Source: an uncultured Gammaproteobacteria bacterium (GTDB lineage: Bacteria > Patescibacteriota > Patescibacteriia > Buchananbacterales > UBA6539). Taken from it: DNA of 35,912 nucleotides. The notes under the pieces were generated by a model. It saw nothing but the letters and a program-made list of their open reading frames with translations. It searched no databases and was not told the DNA's origin. Location: contig CAYXZR010000006.1 of NCBI GenBank assembly GCA_964470025.1, positions 1-35,912 of the forward strand. Direction: 5' to 3'. Position numbers and translations under genes: made by a program. Of the stretch, positions 10,106 to 19,875 are shown piece after piece. The first letter of the stretch is position 1. The number at the start of each line of letters is the position of its first letter.

Positions 10106-10651
10106 TTACCCGGCTTTAGCTGCAGCTTTACCTGCCTTACGTCGAATAACTTCATCTACATATTTAATACCTTTACCCTTGTATGGCTCTGGTTTTCTAA
10201 ACCCACGAATTTCTGCTGCTACCTGACCAACCTGTTGCTTGCTAATACCGGTGATAGTAATTACGTTTTTCTCTGAGCTAATTTCAATACCGTCTGGTGC
10301 TTTAAATTCAATTGGGTGTGAGTATCCAAGACTTAGAACAAGTACTGACCCTTTCATATCTGCCTTGTACCCAACTCCGTTTACTTCAAACTTTTTTTCA
10401 AATCATTTTGTCACGCCCTCAACCATATTACTGATTAACTGTCGTGAAAGTCCCCATAGTGAGCGCTGTGTCTTGTCGTCTTGACTCTTGATAGTAAGCA
10501 CTACTTCGTTATCTGAAATAGCCACATCAACACGATTGTCAATTGCTTCTTGCAATTCACCTTTTGGGCCTTTAACGGTACAGATACTATCTTTTAGAGA
10601 TACTTCTACTCCGCTTGGGATACTGATTGGTTCTTTTCCGACTCGTGACAT
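10106..10651 (-). CDS. rplF: 50S ribosomal protein L6, single reading frame containing one in-frame TGA (10405-10403)
   Basis: Track ORFs 10403..10651 and 10106..10357 are in the same frame. The 45 nt between the TGA and the second ORF's ATG also read as L6 sequence ([15 protein letters not shown]). The TGA aligns with the Gly of GV(T/S)xGF in E. coli and B. subtilis L6. Confidence 0.9.
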
Positions 10652-10663
10652 ATTTCTTTCTTA

Positions 10664-11068
10664 TTAATACATTTGGCAAAGCACTTCGCCACCCACTCCA
10701 AGATTTTTTGCCTGTTTGTTGGTCATAATACCTTGTGAGGTTGAAACGATTGCAATACCTACATTATTCAAAACTTTTGGAAGCTGTTCTTTGGTTGCGT
10801 ATACACGTCTTCCTGGCTTACTTACACGTTCAATCTTAGTAATTGCTGGTACTTTTTCTTTTGAATACTTTAGTGAAATTTTAATCTGTGGAAATGCTGA
10901 TCCGTGAGAATTTGCTTCAACTTTTTCTACGGTTCCAACATAGCCTTCCTTATGCATTACTTCTGCAATACTCAACTTCAATTTTGAGTATGGCAATAGT
11001 ACTTCAGCCTTTCGTACGGCCTGAGCATTTCGGATTCTTGTTAGCATGTCTGCAATAGTGTCTGTCAT
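10664..11068 (-). CDS. rpsH: 30S ribosomal protein S8
   Basis: MTDTIADMLTRIRNA N-terminus, 134 aa. Confidence 0.95.
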   Translation of the reverse strand: MTDTIADMLTRIRNAQAVRKAEVLLPYSKLKLSIAEVMHKEGYVGTVEKVEANSHGSAFPQIKISLKYSKEKVPAITKIERVSKPGRRVYATKEQLPKVLNNVGIAIVSTSQGIMTNKQAKNLGVGGEVLCQMY

Positions 11069-11082
11069 ATCTATATTTCTAT

Positions 11083-11268
11083 TTACCAGCTAGATTTTTT
11101 AACGCCAGGAATCTGTCCATCGCTTGCTAGCTCTCTAAAACAAATACGGCACAATCCAAAGTCACGCATGTATGCTCGTTTTCGACCACAACGCCAGCAT
11201 CGTCGTACAACACGTGTGCTAAACTTTGGTTTCTTATTTGATTTTGCGATTTGTGCTTGTGTTGCCAT
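11083..11268 (-). CDS. rpsN: 30S ribosomal protein S14 type Z (zinc-binding)
   Basis: 61 aa with CxxC...CxxC. Confidence 0.93.
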   Translation of the reverse strand: MATQAQIAKSNKKPKFSTRVVRRCWRCGRKRAYMRDFGLCRICFRELASDGQIPGVKKSSW

Positions 11269-11274
11269 AATTGT

Positions 11275-11829
11275 TTACTTATCTGTGAATGGGAATCCAA
11301 GAAGCTTGAGCAGCTCGAATCCTTCTTCTTTATTTTTAGCAGATGTTGCAATAGTAATCTGTAGTCCATGTACTCGTTCGATTTCATCTGGATTGATTTC
11401 TGGAAATGCAACGTGCTCTTTAATTCCAAGTGTGTAGTTACCTTGTCGATCCATTCCTTTTGGGCTGATGCCGCGGAAGTCACGGATTCGAGGTAATGAC
11501 ACGTGGATTAACTTACTAATAAAATCATACATTCGCTGACCGCGCAGGGTTACCATAATACCGACTTCATTTCCTTCTCTGATCTTAAAGTTTGAAATTG
11601 ATTTCTTTGCCTTAGTCTTTACTGGCTGTTGACCGGTGATTCGTACCAATGTGTTTTCGTAGGTTTCCATTAGTTGCTTATCTTTCAATGCCTGACCAGC
11701 ACCAATACTAATCGTCACTTTATTGATCTTTGGAATCATGTGCGCATTGGTGTAGCCAAACTTTTCTTTCAAAGCTGGTACTACTTCTTTGGTATATTGT
11801 TCTTTCAATGGCTGAATCATATTAGTCAA
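11275..11829 (-). CDS. rplE: 50S ribosomal protein L5
   Basis: 184 aa at the conserved operon position. Confidence 0.93.
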   Translation of the reverse strand: MTNMIQPLKEQYTKEVVPALKEKFGYTNAHMIPKINKVTISIGAGQALKDKQLMETYENTLVRITGQQPVKTKAKKSISNFKIREGNEVGIMVTLRGQRMYDFISKLIHVSLPRIRDFRGISPKGMDRQGNYTLGIKEHVAFPEINPDEIERVHGLQITIATSAKNKEEGFELLKLLGFPFTDK

Positions 11830-12133
11830 TTACTTCACCAGATTTCTTAGCAACTCGAACCTTCTTTTTATTATCCATAACCTTCTTTCCTACTCGAGTT
11901 GGTTTGTTTGTTTTTGGATCAACAAGGGCCAGATTAGAAATATGCAGTGGTGATGGAAACTCTACTCGTTGACCTTTTTCACCTTGTTGTCGTGGTTTTA
12001 AATTTTTGTATGCAACATTTACACCTTCAACTGAAACACGCTTAAGCTTAGAAAATACTTGCAATACCTTGCCTGTTTTTCCTTTATCTTTTCCTGCTAA
12101 TACAATTACTTTGTCGCCTTTTTTGATATTCAT
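11822..12133 (-). CDS. rplX: 50S ribosomal protein L24
   Basis: KOW motif ([21 protein letters not shown]). The start is trimmed to ATG 12133; the track ORF starts at a GTG inside rplN. Confidence 0.9.
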   Translation of the reverse strand: MNIKKGDKVIVLAGKDKGKTGKVLQVFSKLKRVSVEGVNVAYKNLKPRQQGEKGQRVEFPSPLHISNLALVDPKTNKPTRVGKKVMDNKKKVRVAKKSGEVID

Positions 12134-12137
12134 ATGC

Positions 12138-12509
12138 TTATAGTACTTCTGGTGCCAATGACACAATCTTATTAAATCCCTTGGCACGTAACTCTCTTCC
12201 TACAGGACCAAAAATACGTGTTCCTTTTGGTTCTTTGTTATCTTTATTGATAATCACTGCAGCATTTTCATCAAATCTAATATAGGTTCCATCTGCACGT
12301 CGTGATTCTTTTCTGGTTCGCACAACCACTGCGTGTACAACATCTCCCTTTTTCACATTTGATCGTGGTGCGGCTTCTTTTACACTTACAGTAATAATAT
12401 CACCAATACCTGCGTATCGTCGTTTGTATCCACCAAGAACCTTAATACACTCTAGTTTTCGTGCACCTGAGTTATCGGCTGATTTTAGTCGTGATTCTAC
12501 TTGGATCAT
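12138..12509 (-). CDS. rplN: 50S ribosomal protein L14
   Basis: [17 protein letters not shown]-terminus, 123 aa. Confidence 0.95.
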   Translation of the reverse strand: MIQVESRLKSADNSGARKLECIKVLGGYKRRYAGIGDIITVSVKEAAPRSNVKKGDVVHAVVVRTRKESRRADGTYIRFDENAAVIINKDNKEPKGTRIFGPVGRELRAKGFNKIVSLAPEVL

Positions 12510-12513
12510 ATGC

Positions 12514-12771
12514 TTATTGGGCGTCGATTACTCGCCATCGCTTATGCTTACTTAATGGTCGTGTTTCAACAAATGTTACTACATCTCCAACCTTGTACTG
12601 GTTCTTTTCATCGTGTACTTGGTATTTTTTGGTTACCTTAAATCGCTTTAAGTATCGTGGATGGATCTTTGAACGTTCAACAGCAACGACGATAGTCTTT
12701 TCTGGCGCAGCAGAAACTACTGTCCCCCGGAACTTTCGTTGAATTTTTGATTGTGATGTAGTATCTGACAT
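12514..12771 (-). CDS. rpsQ: 30S ribosomal protein S17
   Basis: 85 aa at the conserved operon position. Confidence 0.92.
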   Translation of the reverse strand: MSDTTSQSKIQRKFRGTVVSAAPEKTIVVAVERSKIHPRYLKRFKVTKKYQVHDEKNQYKVGDVVTFVETRPLSKHKRWRVIDAQ

Positions 12772-12776
12772 ACTGG

Positions 12777-12983
12777 TTAGTTAGTATCGTTGTTAGTGTT
12801 TTTCTTTTGTCGCAACACTGTTAAAATTGTTGCAATTGTTCGTTTTGTAGCTCGAATATCTCGAACATTTTTCAACTGTCGTGCGCTTGCTTTAAATCGC
12901 TCTTCACGAAGCTGTTGTCGCTGTTCTTCTAGTAACTTCTGTAAATCTTTTTCTGATTTTTTTAGTAGTTCTTTAGCTTTCAT
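12777..12983 (-). CDS. rpmC: 50S ribosomal protein L29
   Basis: 68 aa with the L29 helical pattern. Confidence 0.9.
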   Translation of the reverse strand: MKAKELLKKSEKDLQKLLEEQRQQLREERFKASARQLKNVRDIRATKRTIATILTVLRQKKNTNNDTN

Positions 12984-12984
12984 A

Positions 12985-13389
12985 TTATTTCACTACAAAT
13001 CGTGTTTTAGTTGGCAGCTTGTAGGCTGCAAGTCGCATCGCTTCTCGTGCTGTTTCTTCAGGTACTCCGTCCATTTCAAATAAAATCATTCCAGGCTTTA
13101 CTACTACTACGTATCGGTCTACAGCACCTTTTCCAGAACCCATGGTTGACTGTTCACCTTTTGAAGTAACTGCTTTATCAGGAAATACTCGAATCCATAG
13201 CTTACCGGTTCGTTTTACGTATCGAGTCATAGCTCGTCGAGCTGCTTCTAGTTGTCGTCCAGTTACCCAGCAGTTATCAAGTGCCTTTAATCCAAAGCTA
13301 CCAAAGCTAATAGTATTTCGTGCAGTTGCAACACCGCGCAAATTACCCTTATGTGACTTTCTGTGTTTTGTCTTTCTTGGTCCCATCAT
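12985..13389 (-). CDS. rplP: 50S ribosomal protein L16
   Basis: [13 protein letters not shown]-terminus, 134 aa. Confidence 0.95.
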   Translation of the reverse strand: MMGPRKTKHRKSHKGNLRGVATARNTISFGSFGLKALDNCWVTGRQLEAARRAMTRYVKRTGKLWIRVFPDKAVTSKGEQSTMGSGKGAVDRYVVVVKPGMILFEMDGVPEETAREAMRLAAYKLPTKTRFVVK

Positions 13390-13390
13390 A

Positions 13391-14095
13391 TTAGTTCTTC
13401 TTTACTGGTGGTCGTCTTCGTGACCGTTGCTTTGTTGTTTTTTGCACTTCTGGCTGATCTGATTCAAACTTTTCACCTTTGTAAATCCATACTTTTACAC
13501 CAATAACACCATAAGTAGTATTTGCTCGCTTTTCTGCGTAATCAACATCTGCTCGAAGTGTTGTTAGTGGAAGTCGTCCTGAGCTTAGCTTTTCAGATCG
13601 AGCAATTTCTGCTCCATTCAATCGTCCTGCTACAATCACCTTAACACCCTGTGCTTCTGCTTTTTCAACTCTACCAATAGCTTGCTTCATAGCACGTCTA
13701 AATGGCATACGCTTTTCTAGATCAGCTACAATAGACTGCCCCACTAGCTCTGCAGAAAGATTTGGGTTCTGTACTTCTTGAATAGTAATTTGAACACTTT
13801 GCTTTGGTTGTAAAAATTGCTTCTTGATTTTCTTTTTCAAATCTTCAACACCTTGTCCGCCTCGTCCGATAATTACTCCTGGTTTTGCTGTATGAATAAT
13901 CAAATTAAGATCTGTTGCTGATCGCTCAATGTCGATTTTAGCCATTGATGCATTAGCAAACTGCTTTTCAAGGAATTTCTTGATCTTAATGTCTTGCTGT
14001 AAAAAGCTAATATAATCCTTACGTGAGAACCATTTTGAGTTCCACTGATTAATGACGCCGATTCGGAAAAGTTTTGGATTTATTTTTCTTCCCAT
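13391..14095 (-). CDS. rpsC: 30S ribosomal protein S3
   Basis: [14 protein letters not shown]-terminus plus a KH domain. Confidence 0.95.
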   Translation of the reverse strand: MGRKINPKLFRIGVINQWNSKWFSRKDYISFLQQDIKIKKFLEKQFANASMAKIDIERSATDLNLIIHTAKPGVIIGRGGQGVEDLKKKIKKQFLQPKQSVQITIQEVQNPNLSAELVGQSIVADLEKRMPFRRAMKQAIGRVEKAEAQGVKVIVAGRLNGAEIARSEKLSSGRLPLTTLRADVDYAEKRANTTYGVIGVKVWIYKGEKFESDQPEVQKTTKQRSRRRPPVKKN

Positions 14096-14100
14096 AGTGA

Positions 14101-14685
14101 TTATTTAGCTTCCTTTTTGGTCTGCTTTGCGGCAGGTTTCTTAGCGGTAGTTTTCTTAGCTACTGGAGTAGCTTTTTTAGCTGGTGCTGATTTTTTTTGT
14201 TCTTTTTTCTTAGATGTAGTAGCAGTTATATCAGATGTTTCAGATTTTTTCAAGTCTTTTACTCCCAATACTAAGTCAATATGGCTTGTTCGCTTACGAA
14301 TTGCGCCTGCTCGTCCGTGTGCTCGTGGTCGAAATCTCTTGATAATTGGGCCATCATTTACTGTCAATTCTTTGATGTATAGTGATTCTTTTTCTAAATT
14401 ATAGTTATGCTCTGCGTTTGCAATTGCTGAGTTAACTAGTTTTGAAAGTGGACCCGCTGCAATCTTTGAAATAAATCCCAAATGAGCTAATGCAGTCACA
14501 ACTTTCTTTCCTCTTAACTCATCAGCAACTAATCGCACTTTTCGTGGTGCAATTCGAACAAACCGTGCACGTGCTTTCACCTGATCTACAGTTGGTTTCT
14601 TAACTTCAGCTTTTTTAGCTGGAGCCTTTTTAGCTACTGTTGCTGGCTTTTTGGTTGTCTGCTTTGTTGCTTTTGCTTCTGCCAT
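14101..14685 (-). CDS. rplV: 50S ribosomal protein L22 with Lys/Ala-rich extensions at both ends
   Basis: L22 core (ARFVRIAPRKVRLVADELRGK) flanked by tails of about 35 and 45 aa rich in AKK/PAKK. Confidence 0.92.
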   Translation of the reverse strand: MAEAKATKQTTKKPATVAKKAPAKKAEVKKPTVDQVKARARFVRIAPRKVRLVADELRGKKVVTALAHLGFISKIAAGPLSKLVNSAIANAEHNYNLEKESLYIKELTVNDGPIIKRFRPRAHGRAGAIRKRTSHIDLVLGVKDLKKSETSDITATTSKKKEQKKSAPAKKATPVAKKTTAKKPAAKQTKKEAK

Positions 14686-14695
14686 ATAGGTCTAA

Positions 14696-14974
14696 TTATT
14701 TCTTTTGGTCCTTAGCCATCTTACCACCATGTCCTCGGAATGTTCGGGTTGGTGAAAATTCACCAAGCTTGTGCCCAACCATATTTTCTACAACTAAAAC
14801 TGGAACATGATCTTTTCCATTATGAACACCAATAGTATAGCCTACCATTTCTGGGGTGATGGTTGATGATCGATCCCATGTTTTAATTACAGTTTTGTCA
14901 TTAGGACCCAGCTTACTGATTTTCTTCAGTAGTTTCTCGTTTACGTATGGTCCTTTTTTTAGACTTCGTGACAT
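14696..14974 (-). CDS. rpsS: 30S ribosomal protein S19
   Basis: [12 protein letters not shown]-terminus, 92 aa. Confidence 0.95.
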   Translation of the reverse strand: MSRSLKKGPYVNEKLLKKISKLGPNDKTVIKTWDRSSTITPEMVGYTIGVHNGKDHVPVLVVENMVGHKLGEFSPTRTFRGHGGKMAKDQKK

Positions 14975-14994
14975 AATGGTTTATTTATCTAATA

Positions 14995-15843
14995 TTATTT
15001 ACGTCGCTTTTTCTTTCGACTTGAAACAATAAGTTTATCTGAATATTTGGTCTTTTTTCTAGTTTTTACACCCATTGCTAGTTTACCCCATGCCGTTTTT
15101 GGTCCTTTTTTCAAACCAATTTGGTTTCGGCCTTCACCACCACCGTGAGGGTGATCAACAGGGTTCATAGCTTTACCTCGAACAGTTGGCTTAATACCAA
15201 GATGTCGATTTCTTCCAGCTTTACCGATTCTGATATGTCGAATTTCTGGGTTTGAAACTTGACCAATAGTTGCTGAAGCATCTTTTCGAATCAATCGAAC
15301 TTCACCTGAAGGAAGTTTAATTGTTGCATACTTTCCTTCAACTGCCATCAATTTTGCAACTGATCCTGCAGTTCGTACTAACTGCGCACCTTTACCTGGC
15401 GTAAGCTCTAGATTGTAAATCATGCTACCAAGTGGCAAGTGCTCAAGTGGCATTCGGTTTCCAACTTTGATTTCGATTCGAGTCTTTGATGACATTACAG
15501 TGTCGCCAACATTTAACTGCGTTGGGGCAATCATATACTGCTTGTCACCATTTTCATACTTGATCAATGCAAGACGTGCTTCTCGGTTTGGATCGTACTC
15601 GATTGCTTCTACAGTTGCTGGTACATCGAAGTACGCTCGCTTGTAGTCAATCAAACGATACAGTCTTTTTGCTCCACCACCTCGGTGTCGTACGGTGATC
15701 TTACCAGTGTTGTTTCGACCACCAGTTCGCTTTCGAGACTTAGTCAATGACTTCTCTGGTCGCTTCTTAGTAATTTCCTCAAATGTACTTACTGAGGTCT
15801 TACGTCGTCCTGGTGTTGTTGGTTTGTATACTTTTAATGCCAT
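14995..15843 (-). CDS. rplB: 50S ribosomal protein L2
   Basis: 282 aa containing [12 protein letters not shown]. Confidence 0.96.
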   Translation of the reverse strand: MALKVYKPTTPGRRKTSVSTFEEITKKRPEKSLTKSRKRTGGRNNTGKITVRHRGGGAKRLYRLIDYKRAYFDVPATVEAIEYDPNREARLALIKYENGDKQYMIAPTQLNVGDTVMSSKTRIEIKVGNRMPLEHLPLGSMIYNLELTPGKGAQLVRTAGSVAKLMAVEGKYATIKLPSGEVRLIRKDASATIGQVSNPEIRHIRIGKAGRNRHLGIKPTVRGKAMNPVDHPHGGGEGRNQIGLKKGPKTAWGKLAMGVKTRKKTKYSDKLIVSSRKKKRRK

Positions 15844-15845
15844 AC

Positions 15846-16307
15846 TTATACTCCTTCGTAAACTTCAATAGTTTGTCCTTCCTTAAGGGTGACAATAGCT
15901 TTTTTCCAGTCTTTTCGCTTTCCTTTTTGTCGTCGGAAGTTTACTTTTTTACCTTGCATTTTAACAATGTTTACTGCTACTGGCTCAACTCCGTATAAGG
16001 TTCGTACTGCTTTTTTAATTTCTACCTTGTTGGTAGTTGCTGATACTGCAAATACATACTTCCCAACAGATGCAAGTACTGCTGATTTCTCAGTGATCAT
16101 TGGGTGAAGAATCACAGCATATGATTGTGCAGTTGTTCCTTTTAGATCCTCAGCTGGTTTAGTTGCTGGTTTCTTTACTTCTGGCTTTGTAGCTTCTTTC
16201 TTAGCTGGTGCATCTTTTGCAGGTTTTTTTGCTGCAGGTTTTTTCTCCTGACTATTGTCAGTTGTGTGTTCTGCGTTCTTTTTAAATACTTTATTGAAAA
16301 TACTCAT
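15846..16307 (-). CDS. rplW: 50S ribosomal protein L23 with Lys/Pro/Ala-rich N-terminal extension
   Basis: L23 core in the C-terminal ~95 aa. The N-terminal ~55 aa is low-complexity, so the true start is uncertain. Confidence 0.88.
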   Translation of the reverse strand: MSIFNKVFKKNAEHTTDNSQEKKPAAKKPAKDAPAKKEATKPEVKKPATKPAEDLKGTTAQSYAVILHPMITEKSAVLASVGKYVFAVSATTNKVEIKKAVRTLYGVEPVAVNIVKMQGKKVNFRRQKGKRKDWKKAIVTLKEGQTIEVYEGV

Positions 16308-16315
16308 ATCGGTGC

Positions 16316-16966
16316 TTAAGCAAATAATTGCTCAATTTTTTTAATAACTGCAAGTGGTGCCACAAGATACTGATGCTTCATGATATCGACTACTCTCAAA
16401 CTATCAACGTGAGCGATACTTACCTTCTCGATGTTTCGAGCAGATAGTGCTGCGTTGATGTTTTCATTATCAAGCACTAGCAATACTGACGGTGCTTTTT
16501 CTGAAGCTTTCTTTGGCTTTACTGAAATACCTTGTAATGCCTTGAAAATTGTCTTTGTCTTTACTTCCGGAAGTGTTAGCGCATCAAATACCATCAGCTT
16601 TTCGTTTGCAACCTTGTCTGAAAGAGTCATCAATAATGCTTTTCGTCGAACTTTTTTATTTACCTTTTTACTGAAATTCCGATCAGCAGTTGGACCAAAT
16701 GTCACACCTCCACCTTTCCAGATTGGAGAACGTGAAGAACCGTGACGTGCTCGTCCGGTACCTTTTTGTCGCCATGGCTTTCTACCACCACCGCTTACTT
16801 CTGATCGATCTTTTACTGAAGCAACTATTGGTCGTGCATTTGCCTGCTGTGCAACAACTACTTGCTGAATCACCAGTGGATTTGCTGCCACTGAAAAGAT
16901 AGCGTCATTAAGAGTGTAATCACTTACTTTTTTTCCTTCTAGATTGTAGACATTTACTGTTGCCAT
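16316..16966 (-). CDS. rplD: 50S ribosomal protein L4
   Basis: 216 aa containing GGGRKPWRQKGTGRAR. Confidence 0.95.
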   Translation of the reverse strand: MATVNVYNLEGKKVSDYTLNDAIFSVAANPLVIQQVVVAQQANARPIVASVKDRSEVSGGGRKPWRQKGTGRARHGSSRSPIWKGGGVTFGPTADRNFSKKVNKKVRRKALLMTLSDKVANEKLMVFDALTLPEVKTKTIFKALQGISVKPKKASEKAPSVLLVLDNENINAALSARNIEKVSIAHVDSLRVVDIMKHQYLVAPLAVIKKIEQLFA

Positions 16967-16971
16967 AGTGA

Positions 16972-17760
16972 TTAGTTAGCTTCTTTCTTAGCTTCTTCTT
17001 TTAGTGCTTCTTCAGCTGCTGGCTCTTCTTTTTTTTCTTCTGTTACTGAGGTTTCATCATTTTTTTCTTCAGTTGGTGCTTCAGCTGGAGTTTCTTCTGT
17101 AGTTTCTGGTTCTGCTGGGGCTAGCTCGATTGGACCTGCTACTAGCTCACCTGGGCCACTAATGATAACCATGCTTCCTCGATGACCTGGAACTGCACCT
17201 TTTACAAATACTGCATTATCTTCTAAATCTGTTTCAATGATTTCTAGGTTAGTTACAGTAACCTGATCGCCACCCATTCGGCCACCCATTCGAGTACCTT
17301 TAAATACATGAGCAGGGCCAGTAGAACCAACTGAACCAGGCATTCTTAACTGATCTTTGTGACCATGACTCTTTGGTGAACCACCAAAGCCATGTCGTTT
17401 TACTACACCTTGAAATCCCTTACCTTTTGATGTTCCAGTGACTTTTACTGTATCACCAGATTCAAATGTTTTTACTGTTACTTGATCACCAATTTTAAGA
17501 TCTAGTGCCTCACCATTTTTAATACGAATTTCTTTCATATACTTAAATGGACCTGCATCTTTTAGGTGACCCTTCATTGGTTTATTGATTGATCGACGTG
17601 CACCACAGCCTAGCTGAACTGCAACATATCCATCAGAATCAACTGACTTCACTTGCGTTACGATACATGGAGTTGCTTTGATCTTAGTTACCGGAATAAC
17701 TCGTCCATCTTCCATGAACTTTTGTGTCATTTCAATTTTTTCGCCGATGATAAATTTCAT
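16972..17760 (-). CDS. rplC: 50S ribosomal protein L3 with ~55-aa acidic C-terminal tail
   Basis: L3 core (FKGTRMGGRMG) followed by a Glu/Pro/Ala/Thr-rich tail. Confidence 0.94.
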   Translation of the reverse strand: MKFIIGEKIEMTQKFMEDGRVIPVTKIKATPCIVTQVKSVDSDGYVAVQLGCGARRSINKPMKGHLKDAGPFKYMKEIRIKNGEALDLKIGDQVTVKTFESGDTVKVTGTSKGKGFQGVVKRHGFGGSPKSHGHKDQLRMPGSVGSTGPAHVFKGTRMGGRMGGDQVTVTNLEIIETDLEDNAVFVKGAVPGHRGSMVIISGPGELVAGPIELAPAEPETTEETPAEAPTEEKNDETSVTEEKKEEPAAEEALKEEAKKEAN

Positions 17761-18021
17761 ATGTTGGGTATATCAGAGGAAAATAAAAGCTGCCTCAAGG
17801 AGAGCCAGACAGACAAACGGTACACCAGAACTCTGATGTGCGTTAGACTATGTTGTACTTCCTTGTTTTAGTTTTGTATTCTCCTTATAGAATGTATCAG
17901 CTGCAAAGGTTTTCCTAGTTGGATCTTTCTTTGTGCTGAGTAATTCTGTCGAGATGGGTTTCATCTCGATTGATGTAGATACAACGTTTGTTATATTCAC
18001 ATCGCTCGAGATGAGCGAATC

Positions 18022-18384
18022 TTACTGCATTTTGATCTCTACGTCAACACCTGCTGGAAGATTTAGATTACTTAGCGTATCAATTGTCTTCGCTGTAGGG
18101 TTGAGGATGTCGAGCAATCGCTTATGAATGCGCATTTCGTATTGATCACGAGAGTCTTTGTGAACAAATGATGATCGCATCACAGTGTACTTTTTCTTTT
18201 CAGTTGGTAGTGGTACCGGCCCTGAAATAGTTGCACCTGTTCGCTTTGCTGACTCGATAATAGTGCGTGTTGATTGATCAATAATCTTATGATCATATGC
18301 ACGAATCTTGATTCTGATTTTTTGCATTCCGTCTTCAGCCTCTTTTGCTGGCTTTGATGATGCTGGTACTTTTTTGATTGCCAT
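18022..18384 (-). CDS. rpsJ: 30S ribosomal protein S10 (possible 19-aa N-terminal extension; alternative start ATG 18327)
   Basis: [18 protein letters not shown] core. Confidence 0.92.
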   Translation of the reverse strand: MAIKKVPASSKPAKEAEDGMQKIRIKIRAYDHKIIDQSTRTIIESAKRTGATISGPVPLPTEKKKYTVMRSSFVHKDSRDQYEMRIHKRLLDILNPTAKTIDTLSNLNLPAGVDVEIKMQ

Positions 18385-18410
18385 GGTCGTAAAGAACTTT
18401 ATTAGCAGTA

Positions 18411-18439
18411 ATCCCGCCCCGACGTGAGTCGGGGCGGAT
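18411..18439 (-). terminator. GC-rich hairpin between tuf and rpsJ (terminator or processing signal)
   Basis: Minus strand reads ATCCGCCCCGAC-TCAC-GTCGGGGCGGGAT. There is no clean T-run, so the function is uncertain. Confidence 0.35.
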
Positions 18440-18446
18440 CAAGCGT

Positions 18447-19637
18447 TTACTTAATAATTTTAGCTACCACACCAGCACCAATAGTTCGGCCACCTTCACG
18501 GATAGCGAAACGTTGCTTTTCTTCAAGTGCTGTTGGTTTCATTAGTTTAACCTTTAGATTTACAGTGTCTCCAGGCATAACCATTTCTGTTCCTTCTGGA
18601 AGTTCAACTTCACCAGTAACATCAGTAGTACCAATGTAGAATTGTGGCTTGTATCCCTTGAAGAATGGGTTATGTCGTCCACCTTCATCTTTGTTCAAGA
18701 TGTAGGTTTCTGCTTCAAATTCAGTGTGTGGAGTAATTGTTCCAGGAACTGCAAGTACTTGTCCTCGCTCGATTTCATCCTTCTTAGTACCTCGAAGCAA
18801 GATACCAGCGTTGTCACCAGCTTCACCTTGATCTAGTGACTTGTTAAACATCTCAATACCAGTAACCACAGTCTTTTTGGTATCCTGTAGACCAACGATT
18901 TCAACTTCATCGTTAACCTTTACGATACCTCGGTCAATTCGACCAGTTACTACTGTACCTCGACCTTCGATAGAGAAAATATCTTCGATAGGCATGAGGA
19001 ATGGCTTTTCAGTATCTCGAACTGGAGCTGGTACGTATTCGTCTAGTGCCTTTACCAAGTCTTCCATTGGTTTAGTAGCTTCTGCATCGTCTAGATTTTC
19101 TAGAGCCTTCAAAGCTGAACCTCGGATGATTGGGATTTCGTCACCAGGGAATTCGTATTTCTTCAATAGATCTCGAACTTCTTCTTCCACTAGGTCGATA
19201 AGTTCTGGTTCTTTTACTTGGTCTACCTTGTTTAGGAAAACAACCAATGCTGGCACACCAACCTGTCGAGCAAGTAGGATGTGTTCTCGGGTTTGAGGCA
19301 TTGGACCATCAGTAGCAGCTACTACTAGAATCGCACCGTCCATCTGAGCTGCACCAGTAATCATGTTTTTTACGTAGTCAGCGTGACCTGGACAGTCAAT
19401 GTGTGCGTAGTGTCGTGTTTCTGATTCGTACTCAACGTGAGTAGTCGCGATAGTAATACCACGTTCTTTTTCTTCTGGAGCGTTATCGATTTCGCTAACG
19501 TCTCGAGCCTGCTTTGCAAAACCCTTCTTGTGAAGGTACTGCAATAGAGCAGCTGTAAGGGTGGTTTTACCGTGGTCAACGTGACCAATGGTACCAACGT
19601 TTAAGTGAGGTTTTCCTCGTTCGAATTTGTCACTCAT
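18447..19637 (-). CDS. tuf: elongation factor Tu
   Basis: 396 aa with [14 protein letters not shown] and NKVD motifs. Confidence 0.98.
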   Translation of the reverse strand: MSDKFERGKPHLNVGTIGHVDHGKTTLTAALLQYLHKKGFAKQARDVSEIDNAPEEKERGITIATTHVEYESETRHYAHIDCPGHADYVKNMITGAAQMDGAILVVAATDGPMPQTREHILLARQVGVPALVVFLNKVDQVKEPELIDLVEEEVRDLLKKYEFPGDEIPIIRGSALKALENLDDAEATKPMEDLVKALDEYVPAPVRDTEKPFLMPIEDIFSIEGRGTVVTGRIDRGIVKVNDEVEIVGLQDTKKTVVTGIEMFNKSLDQGEAGDNAGILLRGTKKDEIERGQVLAVPGTITPHTEFEAETYILNKDEGGRHNPFFKGYKPQFYIGTTDVTGEVELPEGTEMVMPGDTVNLKVKLMKPTALEEKQRFAIREGGRTIGAGVVAKIIK

Positions 19638-19773
19638 AGTATAATTCTTATCTTAGTACTTTTTGAGCAATCTTTTGTAAACCAATCCCCGCTGACGGGC
19701 GAGAACAGATCCTCGTTACTAATAATTTATTTAAAGTGTTTTAATAAAACAATAAAAATTTTGCTTTATACAG

Positions 19774-19795
19774 CCGTAAAATACGTATTTTACGG
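19774..19795. repeat. perfect 22-nt palindrome ccgtaaaatacgtattttacgg in the tuf upstream region
   Basis: The two 11-nt halves are exact reverse complements. Confidence 0.9.
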
Positions 19796-19875
19796 ATTTA
19801 TCAACAAAATACTCCTAGAGTATATAACCAGACGACGAAAATGTCAAGGGTTTTTTGTGAATTTTCTGTGTATTT

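Noticed and set aside
10403-10405. Selenocysteine or tryptophan as the meaning of the rplF TGA
   Set aside because: The aligned residue is an invariant Gly in L6. I saw no SECIS-like hairpin directly downstream, and no selenoprotein logic applies to L6. Trp (table 4) would replace a conserved Gly with a bulky residue, so Gly or an error is more parsimonious.
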